The translations under genes were made by a program, and so were the position numbers. From Alphaproteobacteria bacterium (GTDB taxonomy: Bacteria > Pseudomonadota > Alphaproteobacteria > SHVV01), in the NCBI GenBank assembly GCA_965261735.1, contig OZ253470.1, positions 2,976,001 through 3,040,000 of the forward strand: DNA of 64,000 nucleotides, given 5' to 3'. Positions 23,751-33,426 of this stretch are shown here, in pieces (position 1 is the stretch's first letter; the number at the start of each line of letters is the position of its first letter). The notes under the pieces are model-generated. The model saw nothing but the letters and a program-made list of their open reading frames with translations, ran no database searches and was not told the DNA's origin.

Positions 23751-24449
23751 TCACGCGGCGAGGTGCGTCGCGCCCCGGCCGAGCCGGATCTTCTTCGACT
23801 CCGAGGTCACCGTCGGCGCGGTCTTGATGGCCTGGCCTCTGGCATAGGCGCGGCCCGTCGCCGGGCGCGCCGCCACCGCCGCCATCCAGCGAGCGAGGCT
23901 CGGGAAGTCGGCGAAGGTCTCGCCCGCGCGCGCAAGCGTCAGGAGCCAGGGGTAGCTCGCCATGTCGGCGATCGAGTAGTCGCCGGCGATGAATTCGCGC
24001 TCGGCGAGGCGCCGATCGAGCACGCCGTAGAGGCGCGCGCTCTCGCGCTCGTAGCGCTCGATGGCGTAGGGGACCCGCTCTGAGGCGTAGGCCGAGAAGT
24101 GAAGGTTCTGGCCGAGCATCGGGCCGAGGCCGCCCATCTGCCAGAACAGCCACTGCAGCACCTCGGTCCGTGCGCGCGGGTCCGCAGGCAGAAACATCCC
24201 GGTCTTCTCAGCGAGGTAGACGAGGATGGCGCCGGACTCGAAGATCGAGATGGGTTTCCCGCCCGCGTCTGGCTCATGATCGACGATGGCCGGGATGCGG
24301 TTGTTGGGCGAAATCTCCAGGAACCGGTGTGCGAACTGCTCGCCGCGGCCGATGTCGACCGGGATGACGTTGGCGGCCACGCCCGCTTCCTCGACGAACA
24401 GCATCGGCTTGTAGCCGTTGGGGGTGGTCCAGGTGTAGAGGTCGATCAT
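23751..24449 (-). CDS. YfcG/YghU-like glutathione S-transferase family disulfide oxidoreductase
   Basis: TPNGYK, SPNNRIPAI, FESGAIL, WQMGGLGPMLGQ, YSIADMA. Confidence 0.9.
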   Translation of the reverse strand: MIDLYTWTTPNGYKPMLFVEEAGVAANVIPVDIGRGEQFAHRFLEISPNNRIPAIVDHEPDAGGKPISIFESGAILVYLAEKTGMFLPADPRARTEVLQWLFWQMGGLGPMLGQNLHFSAYASERVPYAIERYERESARLYGVLDRRLAEREFIAGDYSIADMASYPWLLTLARAGETFADFPSLARWMAAVAARPATGRAYARGQAIKTAPTVTSESKKIRLGRGATHLAA

Positions 24450-24489
24450 CGCTACTTCTCCTTGCCGGTCCGGCTTCGGACCGGGCGCC

Positions 24490-25050
24490 TCAGGCGGCGA
24501 GTTGTTGATCGACGTCGACGACATCGACGAGCGGGAAGTCGACCTCGGTTTCCGCGACGTGGTTGAAGTAGTTGCTGAAGGTGTTCAACGCGACGCGGGC
24601 AGTGATCTCGGCAATGTCGCCATCGCCGTAGCCAGCCTCGCGAACGCGCTGCAGGTCCCGATCGCTGACCCAGCCGCGCTCGGCGACGAGGGCGAGGGCG
24701 AACTGCAGGGCCGCCTCCACCTTGGGATCGGCCGAGCGGCCACGCTGGTTTCGCGCCAATTCGTCGGCCTCGACGCCGAGATGGCGGCCGAGGGCGGTAT
24801 GGACGGAGGTGCAGTAGCCGCAGCCGTTGGCGTTGGAAATCGCGAGGCTGAGCTGCTCGCCGAGCCGCCCGCCGAGACGGCCACCGCCGAGCGCCTTCAT
24901 GAGGCCGAGATAGGCTTCGAGTGCCGTGGGCGAAACCGCCAGGGTGCTCATCAGGTTGGGCGTCATGCCGAGCGATTTCTGCACGCCCGCGAGGAGGGTC
25001 GCGGCCTTGCCTTCGGCGCGCGCCGGATCGATGGGGTCGATGCGGGGCAT
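24490..25050 (-). CDS. AhpD/CMD-family peroxidase-related protein
   Basis: NGCGYCTSVH CxxC-H motif, NYFNH...VDFP. Confidence 0.88.
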   Translation of the reverse strand: MPRIDPIDPARAEGKAATLLAGVQKSLGMTPNLMSTLAVSPTALEAYLGLMKALGGGRLGGRLGEQLSLAISNANGCGYCTSVHTALGRHLGVEADELARNQRGRSADPKVEAALQFALALVAERGWVSDRDLQRVREAGYGDGDIAEITARVALNTFSNYFNHVAETEVDFPLVDVVDVDQQLAA

Positions 25051-25095
25051 TGTTGAGTTCTCCTTGGTTTCGAGTTGCGGGGACTGTTGGGGCGG

Positions 25096-25318
25096 TCAGG
25101 CGGGGTCGCCTGCCTGGGCGGCTAGTGCGGTCCACGCCTCGCCGCTGCCGATGACGCAGGCGTTCGCCGTATTGGCGGTGGAGCTGGACCGCCGCATCGT
25201 CGCGCACCAAACACATCTGTTGGGCCGACGCCGGCGGCGTCGCGACCGCCATAAGGGCAACGAACGACAGAGCCGAAGCGAGCGCGAAAGCGGCCAGACC
25301 TGTTGCGAACTTCGACAT
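25096..25318 (-). pseudogene. Small exported protein with apparent internal deletion or frameshift
   Basis: Signal peptide ...PASA|QQMC..RD...L.RQYGE, then ACVIGSGEAW...* in another frame. Confidence 0.55.
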
Positions 25319-25337
25319 GATCTCCTCCGGTTTCTCA

Positions 25338-25355
25338 AACAAACGATTGTTTGTT
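25338..25355. promoter_or_regulatory. Putative TetR operator
   Basis: Imperfect palindrome AACAAACGATTGTTTGTT just upstream of the redox operon. Confidence 0.6.
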
Positions 25356-25371
25356 ACTGTCGACAAATAAT

Positions 25372-25926
25372 CTAGGCGAGCAGGGCGCGCAGTTGCGCGA
25401 TCGCCCTCGTGAAAGGCGCGGGATCGCCGTCGACGCGCATCAGCATGATCGCGCCTTGGGTCTGCGAGACCGAATCGCGGGCCATATCCCGGGCGCGCTC
25501 GGCGCCGTGCTCGGCCTCGAGAACGTGCGCCAACGCCGCGCTCCAATCGTCGAAGTAGCGTCGGATAGGGCTTGCGAATGCGGGCACGCTATTGGTCACC
25601 TCGAGGGCGAGATTGCCGAACAGGCAGCCGCCCTCACGGTGAATGAAGTAGTCGTGGAGGGCTTGGGCGAAGGCCTCGAGCCGCTCCTTGGCCGGGCGAT
25701 CGGTATAGGCGAGGCTGAAGATGCGCTGCTGGTTTTCGTCGATGACCTGCGCCAACGCGGCCTCTGCCAGGGCCTCCTTGCTCGGGAAGTAGTGGTAGAT
25801 GCTTCCCTTGAGCAGGCCGCAGCCGGCGCCGATGTCGGCCATCGAGGTCTTGTAGTAGCCGTTCACCCTGAACTTGTAGAGGGCGCTGGCCACCACCTCG
25901 TCGCGATCTGTCTTGTGAATGCCCAT
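25372..25926 (-). CDS. TetR-family regulator (NemR/ComR-like C-terminal domain)
   Basis: GYYKTSMADI...KGSIYHYFPSKEAL HTH; GGCLFGNLALE. Confidence 0.92.
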   Translation of the reverse strand: MGIHKTDRDEVVASALYKFRVNGYYKTSMADIGAGCGLLKGSIYHYFPSKEALAEAALAQVIDENQQRIFSLAYTDRPAKERLEAFAQALHDYFIHREGGCLFGNLALEVTNSVPAFASPIRRYFDDWSAALAHVLEAEHGAERARDMARDSVSQTQGAIMLMRVDGDPAPFTRAIAQLRALLA

Positions 25927-25936
25927 CTTTCACCAC

Positions 25937-25956
25937 CCAAACGACCGGTTGTTTGG
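25937..25956. promoter_or_regulatory. Putative autoregulatory TetR operator
   Basis: CCAAACGACCGGTTGTTTGG (one mismatched pair) 10 bp upstream of the tetR start. Confidence 0.6.
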
Positions 25957-26042
25957 CAGGTGGTGACGTTTGGCGGCTGTGTCAACCCCCGGCAGGCCTC
26001 CGGTAGGAGAAAATCCTAGTACTTGCTTGCGTAAGTCCGTGA

Positions 26043-26143
26043 CCCACCCCCGCCCCACCCTCCCCCATCAAGGGGGAGGGCTACGAGACTGACGTCGCGC
26101 CATGACTCCCCCTCCCCTCGTGGGAGGGGGTAGGGGGAGGGGG
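26043..26143. repeat. Inverted pair of GC-rich hairpins (REP/RIME-like element)
   Basis: CCCTCCCCC-ATCAA-GGGGGAGGG (26058-26080) and CCCCCTCCC-CTCGT-GGGAGGGGG (26108-26130) with complementary outer arms. Confidence 0.7.
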
Positions 26144-26319
26144 ACGAATGATGAGTCACTGTCTCGTGCAACCATGTACGAGGCGACGAGGCGGCGCTTC
26201 CCGAGCCGCCCTCGGCAGGCCGCCGCGACCTCGACCGTTGACAGCGAGCGGGCAATGCCGCCACAACCGGTGGGCTACCCCAGCCAACGGCCGAAAGTCC
26301 AAACGCATCACCCCACCCG

Positions 26320-27093
26320 ATGTTCAGCGCCTTCTTCTCCTTTGCCCGACTGCTCGGCGGTGCACTCCGCGACCTCTCACCCATCATCTTGGTGATCGCG
26401 TTTTTCCAGCTCGCGGTCCTGCGCCAGCCCCTGCCCGACCTCGGCGCCATGCTCAGCGGGCTGGCTCTCGTCGTGGTCGGCCTCGCGCTCTTCATCAAGG
26501 GTCTCGAGATGGGCCTGTTTCCCGTCGGCGAGGACATGGCCCAGGCGTTCGCGCGAAAGGGGAGCCTGTTCTGGCTGCTGGCCTTCGCCTTTTGCCTCGG
26601 CTTCAGCACCACGGTGGCCGAGCCTGCCCTCATCGCCGTCGCCGGGGAGGCGGCGCGAATCGCGGCCGAGGGTGGCGTCGTCGCCACGGCGGAGGGCCGC
26701 GCGAGCTACGCGCTGGCCCTGCGCCTGACAGTCGCGCTCGCCGTCGGCGCGGCGCTCATGATCGGGGTTTTTCGTATCATCATGGGTTGGCCGATTCACT
26801 TCCTGATCATCGGCGGCTACTTTATCGCCATCGTCATCACGCCGTTCGCGCCGGCGTCCATCATCGGCCTCGCCTACGATGCCGGCGGCGTCACCACCTC
26901 GACCGTCACCGTGCCCCTGGTCGCCGCCCTCGGCGTCGGGCTCGCGAGCATGATCAAGGGCCGAGACCCGATGGTCGACGGCTTCGGGCTGATCGCGCTC
27001 GCCTCGCTCACGCCCATGATCTTCGTCATGATCTTTGGCATGCTCTGGCACTCGATCTCGGGGGTCTCGGCCGGCCCCCTCACGGGAGGGTAA
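26320..27093 (+). CDS. DUF1538-family membrane protein A
   Basis: [36 protein letters not shown]. Confidence 0.88.
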   Translation: MFSAFFSFARLLGGALRDLSPIILVIAFFQLAVLRQPLPDLGAMLSGLALVVVGLALFIKGLEMGLFPVGEDMAQAFARKGSLFWLLAFAFCLGFSTTVAEPALIAVAGEAARIAAEGGVVATAEGRASYALALRLTVALAVGAALMIGVFRIIMGWPIHFLIIGGYFIAIVITPFAPASIIGLAYDAGGVTTSTVTVPLVAALGVGLASMIKGRDPMVDGFGLIALASLTPMIFVMIFGMLWHSISGVSAGPLTGG

Positions 27094-27096
27094 GCG

Positions 27097-27888
27097 GTGG
27101 AGCTGCTCGAAGGGTTCGCGCGGACGGCGCAGTCGACGCTCTTCGACCTGCTGCCGATCGCCGTCGTGCTCATCGGCTTCCGCGTATTCGTGATTCGCCG
27201 GCCGTTGGTGCGGCAGCGCCAGACCCTGCTGGGCTTCGGGTTCGCGCTCCTGGGATTGTCGTTGTTCCTGCTCGGGCTCGAGACGGCGCTGTTCCCGCTC
27301 GGCCGCATCATGGCCGAGCAGCTGACATCGCATGCTATCGCCGCCGCCTCGGCCGCCGGCGACGCGGGCGCATCCAACGACTGGCGGAACTACCTCTGGC
27401 TTTACACCTTCGCGGCGGCGATCGGGTTCGCCACGACCATCGCCGAGCCCGCCCTGATCGCCGTCGCCCTCAAGGCCCACGAGGTGTCGGGCGGCGTCGT
27501 TTCGCCGCTCGCGCTGCGCCTTGCAGTCGCCGTCGGCGTGGCCTTCGGCGTCGCCCTCGGCACCTACCGGATCGTCACTGGCGCGCCGCTATATTGGTTT
27601 ATCATCGCGGGCTACCTCGTCGTGATCATCCTGACCATACGGGCGCAGCGCTGGATCGTACCGCTGGCTTACGATTCGGGCGGCGTGACCACCTCGACCG
27701 TGACCGTGCCCCTGGTCGCGGCGCTCGGTCTCGGCCTCGCCACCTACATCCCCGGCCGCAGCCCGCTGATCGACGGCTTTGGCCTCATCGCCTTCGCCAG
27801 CCTGTTCCCCATGATCGCGGTCATGGGGTATGCCCAACTCACCGCGTGGCGGCAGCACGTCGACGCGCCGCAATGGAGGAAGAAATGA
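27097..27888 (+). CDS. DUF1538-family membrane protein B
   Basis: Paralog of the upstream gene: [36 protein letters not shown]. Confidence 0.88.
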   Translation: MELLEGFARTAQSTLFDLLPIAVVLIGFRVFVIRRPLVRQRQTLLGFGFALLGLSLFLLGLETALFPLGRIMAEQLTSHAIAAASAAGDAGASNDWRNYLWLYTFAAAIGFATTIAEPALIAVALKAHEVSGGVVSPLALRLAVAVGVAFGVALGTYRIVTGAPLYWFIIAGYLVVIILTIRAQRWIVPLAYDSGGVTTSTVTVPLVAALGLGLATYIPGRSPLIDGFGLIAFASLFPMIAVMGYAQLTAWRQHVDAPQWRKK

Positions 27889-28235
27889 AACTGAAGCTGA
27901 TCATGGCGTTGGCCCGCGACGAGGACACCGGCGCCATTCTCGAGGCGGCCCGTGCCGCGGGCGCAACCGGTGCGACGGTCATCACCAGCGCGCGCGGCGA
28001 GGGACTGAAGCCCGAGAAAACGTTCCTCGGCCTTGACCTGAGCGGGCGCCGCGATCTCCTGATGTTCCTGGTCGCCGAGCAGATTAGCCGCGATGTGCTC
28101 GAGACCATCGCCAGAACAGGCGGGTTCGAGGACAAGCCCGGTGCCGGCATCGTCTTTCAGGTGGCGATCGAAGACGCCGTTGGCCTATCTTCGCAGTTCG
28201 ACAAAATCTCCAGCGAGATCGAAGACCAGGTATGA
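27885..28235 (+). CDS. PII-like signalling protein
   Basis: MKLKLIMA..., AGATGATVI.SARGEG, PGAGIVFQVAIEDAVGL; ATGA overlap with the upstream gene. Confidence 0.87.
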   Translation: MKLKLIMALARDEDTGAILEAARAAGATGATVITSARGEGLKPEKTFLGLDLSGRRDLLMFLVAEQISRDVLETIARTGGFEDKPGAGIVFQVAIEDAVGLSSQFDKISSEIEDQV

Positions 28236-28645
28236 GCGAGATTCCCCACATCAAGGTCAGCGAGGTCATGATCCGCGAGGTGCGCACGATCGCGGCGTTG
28301 GCGACGGTACGCGAGGCCCTTAGGCTGCTCGACGAGACCGGCGTCAGCTCGCTGGTGATCGAGCGGCGCAACGAGGAGGACGAACTCGGCCTCATCGCCA
28401 TATCCGACATCGCCAGCAAGGTCATTGCCGAGAACCGCTCGCCCGATCGCGTCAACGTTTACGAGATCATGCGCAAGCCGGTGCTGACGATCGATCGGGA
28501 CATGGACATCAGATACGCGATCCGGCTCCTCAACGCCTACGGCGGCTCGCGTGGTCTGGTCGTCGATCACGACCGCAGCCTGGTCGGCATCGTCACGCTG
28601 CGCGACATGGTGGTCCGATATGCCCATGTCGGCGAAACAACGTAG
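28232..28645 (+). CDS. Stand-alone tandem CBS-domain protein
   Basis: KVSEVM...ELGLIAISDI...VYEIMRKPV...LVGIVTLRDMV. Confidence 0.88.
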   Translation: MSEIPHIKVSEVMIREVRTIAALATVREALRLLDETGVSSLVIERRNEEDELGLIAISDIASKVIAENRSPDRVNVYEIMRKPVLTIDRDMDIRYAIRLLNAYGGSRGLVVDHDRSLVGIVTLRDMVVRYAHVGETT

Positions 28646-28711
28646 CCTGGCAAGCGGCCGATCGGGCTGGGGCCTCGCCCGGCGCCGGCCCTAGCGGCTG
28701 CGAGATTGACG

Positions 28712-29482
28712 ATGAACAGCGAGACGCCGCGCGGCGTCGCGCTGGTGACCGGGGCCGGCCAGCGCATCGGCCGCGCCATCGCCCTAGATCTCGCGTACCG
28801 GGGCTGGGCGATAGCGGTCCACTATCACCGCTCGGCGGAGGCGGCCACCGACCTCGCACGATGCATCGGCGAGCAAGGGGGCCGGGCTGTGGCCCTGGCC
28901 GCGGATCTGACGGAAACGGCGACCGCCGCCGCCCTCGTGGAGCGCGCGGCGGCGGCGCTCGGGGCGGTGACCTGCCTCGTCAACAATGCCTCGGCGTTCG
29001 AGCTCGATGGCGTCGGCACGGCGACCCCCGAGACATGGGCCGCGCACATGGAGATCAACGCTCACGCGCCGTTCGTCCTGGCGCAATCACTGGCGCGCGA
29101 GCTGCCCGCTGGCGCCACCGGCAATATCGTCAATCTTCTCGACCAGCGGGTGTGGAACCTGACGCCCCATTTCACCACCTATACGGCGAGCAAGGCCGCG
29201 CTGTGGACGCTGACGCGCACCCTCGCCCTGGCGCTGGCACCCGCGATTCGCGTGAACGGTATCGGTCCGGGCCCGACCCTGCCGAGCGAGCGACAGAGCG
29301 AGGACGACTTCGCCCGCCAGTGCGCGGCGACGCCGCTCGGGCGCGGCACCACCCCGGACGAAATCTGTGCGGCGCTGCGCTTCATCCTGTCGACGCCGTC
29401 GATGACGGGGCAGATGATCGCGCTCGACGGCGGTCAGCATCTAGGCTGGGCCATGCCCGGCGCGCGGACGGCGCGCGAATAG
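28712..29482 (+). CDS. Short-chain dehydrogenase, pteridine reductase/FolM-like
   Basis: TGAGQRIG, VNNAS, YTASK; adjacent to folB. Confidence 0.85.
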   Translation: MNSETPRGVALVTGAGQRIGRAIALDLAYRGWAIAVHYHRSAEAATDLARCIGEQGGRAVALAADLTETATAAALVERAAAALGAVTCLVNNASAFELDGVGTATPETWAAHMEINAHAPFVLAQSLARELPAGATGNIVNLLDQRVWNLTPHFTTYTASKAALWTLTRTLALALAPAIRVNGIGPGPTLPSERQSEDDFARQCAATPLGRGTTPDEICAALRFILSTPSMTGQMIALDGGQHLGWAMPGARTARE

Positions 29483-29494
29483 GGGTCGCGGGCG

Positions 29495-29884
29495 ATGGCC
29501 CCTGAACAGCGCGCCGACGCGCACCGTGGCTGGCGCCACCTGTTCGTGCGCGATCTCGAGCTCGGCGCCAAGATCGGGGTGCACACTCACGAGCGCCGCG
29601 ACACCCAACCGGTGCGGATCAATGTCGACCTGTCGGTCGCCGAGAGCGGCCCCATCGGCGACGACCTCGCCAACGCGGTGTGCTACGAGGAGATCGTCGA
29701 GGCGATCAAGGCGATCATCGCCGCCGGACACATCAACCTGGTCGAGACGCTGGCCGAGCGCATTGCCGAGGCGTGCTTGGTCGAGGCTCGCGTGATGGCC
29801 GCGCGTGTTCGCGTCGAGAAACTTGACGTCATCGCGGAGGCGGCCAGCGTCGGTGTCGAGATCGAGCGTATAAAACAACCGTAG
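29495..29884 (+). CDS. folB: Dihydroneopterin aldolase
   Basis: IGVH.HE...QPVRI, VCYEE, NLVETLAE, VGVEIER. Confidence 0.88.
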   Translation: MAPEQRADAHRGWRHLFVRDLELGAKIGVHTHERRDTQPVRINVDLSVAESGPIGDDLANAVCYEEIVEAIKAIIAAGHINLVETLAERIAEACLVEARVMAARVRVEKLDVIAEAASVGVEIERIKQP

Positions 29885-29937
29885 AAGCGCGCGCGACCGG
29901 CCCGTAAGGCAAGGATCGCGGCCTTTGCGGCCTGCTT

Positions 29938-30176
29938 TTGTGCACAGGCCGCAACCGGGGGTGTCCGAAGCGGTCGGCAGCCGTCAAATAACAGATTCCG
30001 GTCGTGAAACGCGCTTACTCACTATCTTCTTGACATTTCATTTATTGCACGATTACAAGTACTTAAAGTTTTCTGCCTATTTGTTAGGCAGACCGCCCGA
30101 ATATTAAGGATTTGTTACCCTCGAGGGCCTACCGCGCCGCCTTGTCCACAGAGATATCCCCAGCTTCCGGGGATAT
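29938..30176. promoter_or_regulatory. DnaA-box cluster with IHF-like and Fis-like sites (DARS-like)
   Basis: TTGTGCACA 29938; TTGTCCACA 30142, ATATCCCCA 30154, inverted CGGGGATAT 30168; TTACAAGTACTTA 30053; palindrome TCTGCCTA-N5-TAGGCAGA 30072-30092. Confidence 0.6.
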
Positions 30177-30273
30177 TGTCACGCGCCTGTGACGTCTCCA
30201 AACGAACGGCCGCGACACGCCGGCGCCTAACGCGCGCTACCGGCCCGCGACGCCGAAGGCCGGCGGTGGCATA

Positions 30274-32226
30274 ATGCGAACGATGGAGCGTACCGGTAAA
30301 GAGGCGGCCATAGACGAATCGGCGCGCCGCCGCCCGTGGCGTGACCCTGAAGGCGGCGAGGTCGAGCCCGAGCTACCGCGCCCGGACGCGGGTCGCGCGG
30401 TCATTAACGCCCAGCTCAAGACCATGCCGGCGAGCCCGGGCGTGTACCGCATGCTCGACGCCGAGGGCAACGCGCTCTACGTCGGCAAGGCCAAGAATCT
30501 GAGGAGGCGCGTCATCAGCTACGTCCGGCTGCGCGGCCAGTCCAACCGTATCCACCGCATGGTGGCGGCGACGGCGGCGCTCGAAATCATCACCACCCAT
30601 ACCGAAGTCGAGGCCCTGCTCCTCGAATCCAACCTGATCAAGGAGCTCAAGCCGCGCTTCAACGTTATTCTGCGCGACGACAAGTCCTTTCCCTACATCG
30701 TCATCACCGGTGACACACCCTGGGCCCAGATCGGTAAGCACCGCGGCGCGCGGACCCGCAAGGGCGAATATTTCGGCCCGTTCGCGTCCGCGGGCGCGGT
30801 CAATCAAACCCTCAACGCGCTCCAGCGCGCCTTCCCGCTGCGCACCTGCAGCGACGCGGTCTTCGAGAGCCGAACCCGCCCGTGCCTGCAGTACCAGATC
30901 AAGCGCTGCACCGCGCCCTGCGTTGGCCGCATCAGCCGAGCCGACTACGACGCCCTGGTCGATGAGGCGCGCAGCTTCCTCTCGGGGCGCAGCCATGAGG
31001 TCCAGCACCACCTGTCGCAGCGCATGCAGGAGGCGAGCGGCGCTCTCGACTTCGAGGCGGCGGCGGTCTACCGCGACCGCATTCGGGCGCTGGCACAGAT
31101 TCAGGCGCGCCAGGGGATCAACGTGGCGACCCTCGATGCCGCCGACGTCATCGCCGCCCACCAGGAAGCGGGCCAGGTGTGCGTGCAGGTGTTTTTCTTT
31201 CGCTCGGGGCAGAACTACGGCAACCGCGCCTACTTCCCGCGCCACGACCGCCAAATCGAGGTGGAAGAGGTGCTGGCCGCCTTTATCGGCCAGTTCTACG
31301 CCGAGCGAACCCCGCCGGCGCTGATCCTGTTGAGTCACGAGCCGCACAACCATGCTCTGCTCGCGGAGGCCCTGTCGGTGCGAGCCGGGCGGCGCGTGCG
31401 CCTCGTTCTGCCCGCCCGCGGCGCCAAGTTCGAACTCGTCGAGCACGCTCGGCGCAATGCCCACGAGGCGCTCAGCCGCCGGCTCGCGGAAAGCGCCTCG
31501 CAGCGCCGCCTGCTCGAGGGCGTCGCCGCGGCGTTCGGTCTCGATGCCCCGCCCGAGCGCATCGAGGTCTACGACAACTCCCACATTTCGGGCGCCCATC
31601 CCGTCGGCAGCATGATCGTCGCCGGACCGGAGGGCTACACGAAGAACGCCTACCGCAAGTTCTCGATCCGCGACCAGACCATCGCGCCCGGCGATGACTA
31701 TGCCATGCTGCGCGAGGTTCTGACGCGGCGCTTCTCGCGCCTCCTCCGCGAGGACCAGGCACGCGACAGGGGACAATGGCCCGATCTGGTGCTGATCGAC
31801 GGTGGCGCCGGCCAGCTGGCGGTAGCGCGCTCGGTCTTCGCCGACCTCGGCGTGAGCGACGTGCCGCTGGCCGCCATCGCCAAGGGACCCGACCGCAACG
31901 CCGGCCGCGAGCAGTTCCATGTGCCCGAGCGCGCTCCCTTCGCGCTCGAGCCGCGCGACCCGGTGCTCTATTTCCTGCAGCGCCTACGCGACGAGGCCCA
32001 CCGCTTCGCGATCGACGCGCATCGCGCCAAGCGCTCCAAGGCGATCGGCCGTTCGGCGCTCGACGACATCTCCGGCATCGGCGCCAAGCGCAAGCGCGCC
32101 CTGCTGCACCGCTTCGGCTCCGCGCGCGCCGTGGAGAGGGCGGGCCTCGCCGATCTCGAGAGGGTCGACGGTATCAGCAAGACGGTCGCGCGGCTCGTCT
32201 ACGACTACTTCCACGCCGAGCGCTGA
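30274..32226 (+). CDS. uvrC: Excinuclease ABC subunit C (exact start uncertain)
   Basis: PGVY...[37 protein letters not shown], HhH. Confidence 0.96.
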   Translation: MRTMERTGKEAAIDESARRRPWRDPEGGEVEPELPRPDAGRAVINAQLKTMPASPGVYRMLDAEGNALYVGKAKNLRRRVISYVRLRGQSNRIHRMVAATAALEIITTHTEVEALLLESNLIKELKPRFNVILRDDKSFPYIVITGDTPWAQIGKHRGARTRKGEYFGPFASAGAVNQTLNALQRAFPLRTCSDAVFESRTRPCLQYQIKRCTAPCVGRISRADYDALVDEARSFLSGRSHEVQHHLSQRMQEASGALDFEAAAVYRDRIRALAQIQARQGINVATLDAADVIAAHQEAGQVCVQVFFFRSGQNYGNRAYFPRHDRQIEVEEVLAAFIGQFYAERTPPALILLSHEPHNHALLAEALSVRAGRRVRLVLPARGAKFELVEHARRNAHEALSRRLAESASQRRLLEGVAAAFGLDAPPERIEVYDNSHISGAHPVGSMIVAGPEGYTKNAYRKFSIRDQTIAPGDDYAMLREVLTRRFSRLLREDQARDRGQWPDLVLIDGGAGQLAVARSVFADLGVSDVPLAAIAKGPDRNAGREQFHVPERAPFALEPRDPVLYFLQRLRDEAHRFAIDAHRAKRSKAIGRSALDDISGIGAKRKRALLHRFGSARAVERAGLADLERVDGISKTVARLVYDYFHAER

Positions 32227-32283
32227 GGGCTGGGGCGGGGTCCGTGTTATGATGGGCGCGCGCCCGGACCGAGGGTTACCGGC

Positions 32284-32922
32284 ATGATCACGAGCTTGCC
32301 CAACCTGCTGACTCTGTCGCGCATCCTCGTCATCCCCGCGTTCGTCGCCGCCTTCTATGTCGAGGGCGCCGCCAGCAATTGGATTACCCTGGCCCTGTTC
32401 CTCGGGGCCGCCGCCACCGATTTTCTCGATGGCTACATCGCGCGCAAGCGAGACCTGCAATCACGCCTCGGCCGCTTCCTCGACCCGGTCGCCGACAAGC
32501 TTCTGGTGGCTGCCGCGGTCCTCATGCTCGTGGCCATGGACCGGATCACCGGCGCGAGCGTGCTCGCCGGACTCGTCATCCTGTGCCGCGAGATCCTCGT
32601 GTCGGCATTGCGCGAGTTTCTTGCCGAGGTTCGAGTCGGCGTGCCCGTGTCGAGATTGGCCAAGTGGAAAACGTCGCTGCAGATGGCGGCCATCGCCTTC
32701 CTGCTGGCTGGAGACGCGGCGCCCGAGGCCATCGCGGCACCGGTGATCGGCGAGTACGCTTTGTGGATCGCCGCGCTACTCACGCTATATACCGGGTACG
32801 ACTATCTGCGGGGCGGGTTGCGCTACCTGTCGGACACGAAATCGGCTGCGCGCCCGCAGGCCTCCGCGCAGGACACAAAAGGAAGCGATGCGGATCTTCG
32901 GATTGGTGGGCTGGAGCGGTAG
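32284..32922 (+). CDS. pgsA: Phosphatidylglycerophosphate synthase
   Basis: PNLLTLSRI, TDFLDGYIAR, LGRFLDPVADK; follows uvrC. Confidence 0.93.
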   Translation: MITSLPNLLTLSRILVIPAFVAAFYVEGAASNWITLALFLGAAATDFLDGYIARKRDLQSRLGRFLDPVADKLLVAAAVLMLVAMDRITGASVLAGLVILCREILVSALREFLAEVRVGVPVSRLAKWKTSLQMAAIAFLLAGDAAPEAIAAPVIGEYALWIAALLTLYTGYDYLRGGLRYLSDTKSAARPQASAQDTKGSDADLRIGGLER

Positions 32923-33415
32923 CGGCAAGACGACGTTGGTCGTCCGGCTCCTGCCCGAGCTCGTCGGCCGCGGCCTGCGCGTGTCGACGGCCAAGCACGC
33001 CCACCACGGCTTTGACATCGACGCGCCGGGCAAGGACTCCTACGAGCACCGCATCGCCGGGGCACACGAGGTCATCGTCAGCTCGGCCCGCCGGTGGGCC
33101 CTCATCCACGAGCATCGCGGCGCGCCGGAACCCGATTTCGATTCCGTCCTAGGCCATCTCGAGCCCGTCGATCTCGCCCTCGTCGAGGGCTTCAAGCACC
33201 ACGCCCACGACAAGCTCGAGGTCCATCGCGCCGCCCTCGGCAAGCCCCTGCTGGCGCCGAACGACCCGCACATCGTGGCCGTCGCCACGGACGCGACGCT
33301 GCCCGACCTCGCGTGCCCCGTCCTCGACCTCGATGACGTCGCCGGCATCGCGGATTTCGTTATCGCCCATTGCCGCCTCGAGGCGCCGGCGGCCGCCGCG
33401 CGCGGCGGCGGCTGA
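32888..33415 (+). CDS. mobB: Molybdopterin-guanine dinucleotide biosynthesis protein B
   Basis: GWSGSGKTT, KHAHHGFDID.PGKDS, VEGFK. Confidence 0.92.
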   Translation: MRIFGLVGWSGSGKTTLVVRLLPELVGRGLRVSTAKHAHHGFDIDAPGKDSYEHRIAGAHEVIVSSARRWALIHEHRGAPEPDFDSVLGHLEPVDLALVEGFKHHAHDKLEVHRAALGKPLLAPNDPHIVAVATDATLPDLACPVLDLDDVAGIADFVIAHCRLEAPAAAARGGG

Positions 33416-33426
33416 AGGCCCCTCAC

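Noticed and set aside
26148-28235. 695-aa ORF as a large fusion protein
   Set aside because: Only the last 116 codons (PII-like) look real; the rest is an alternative frame of the DUF1538 genes
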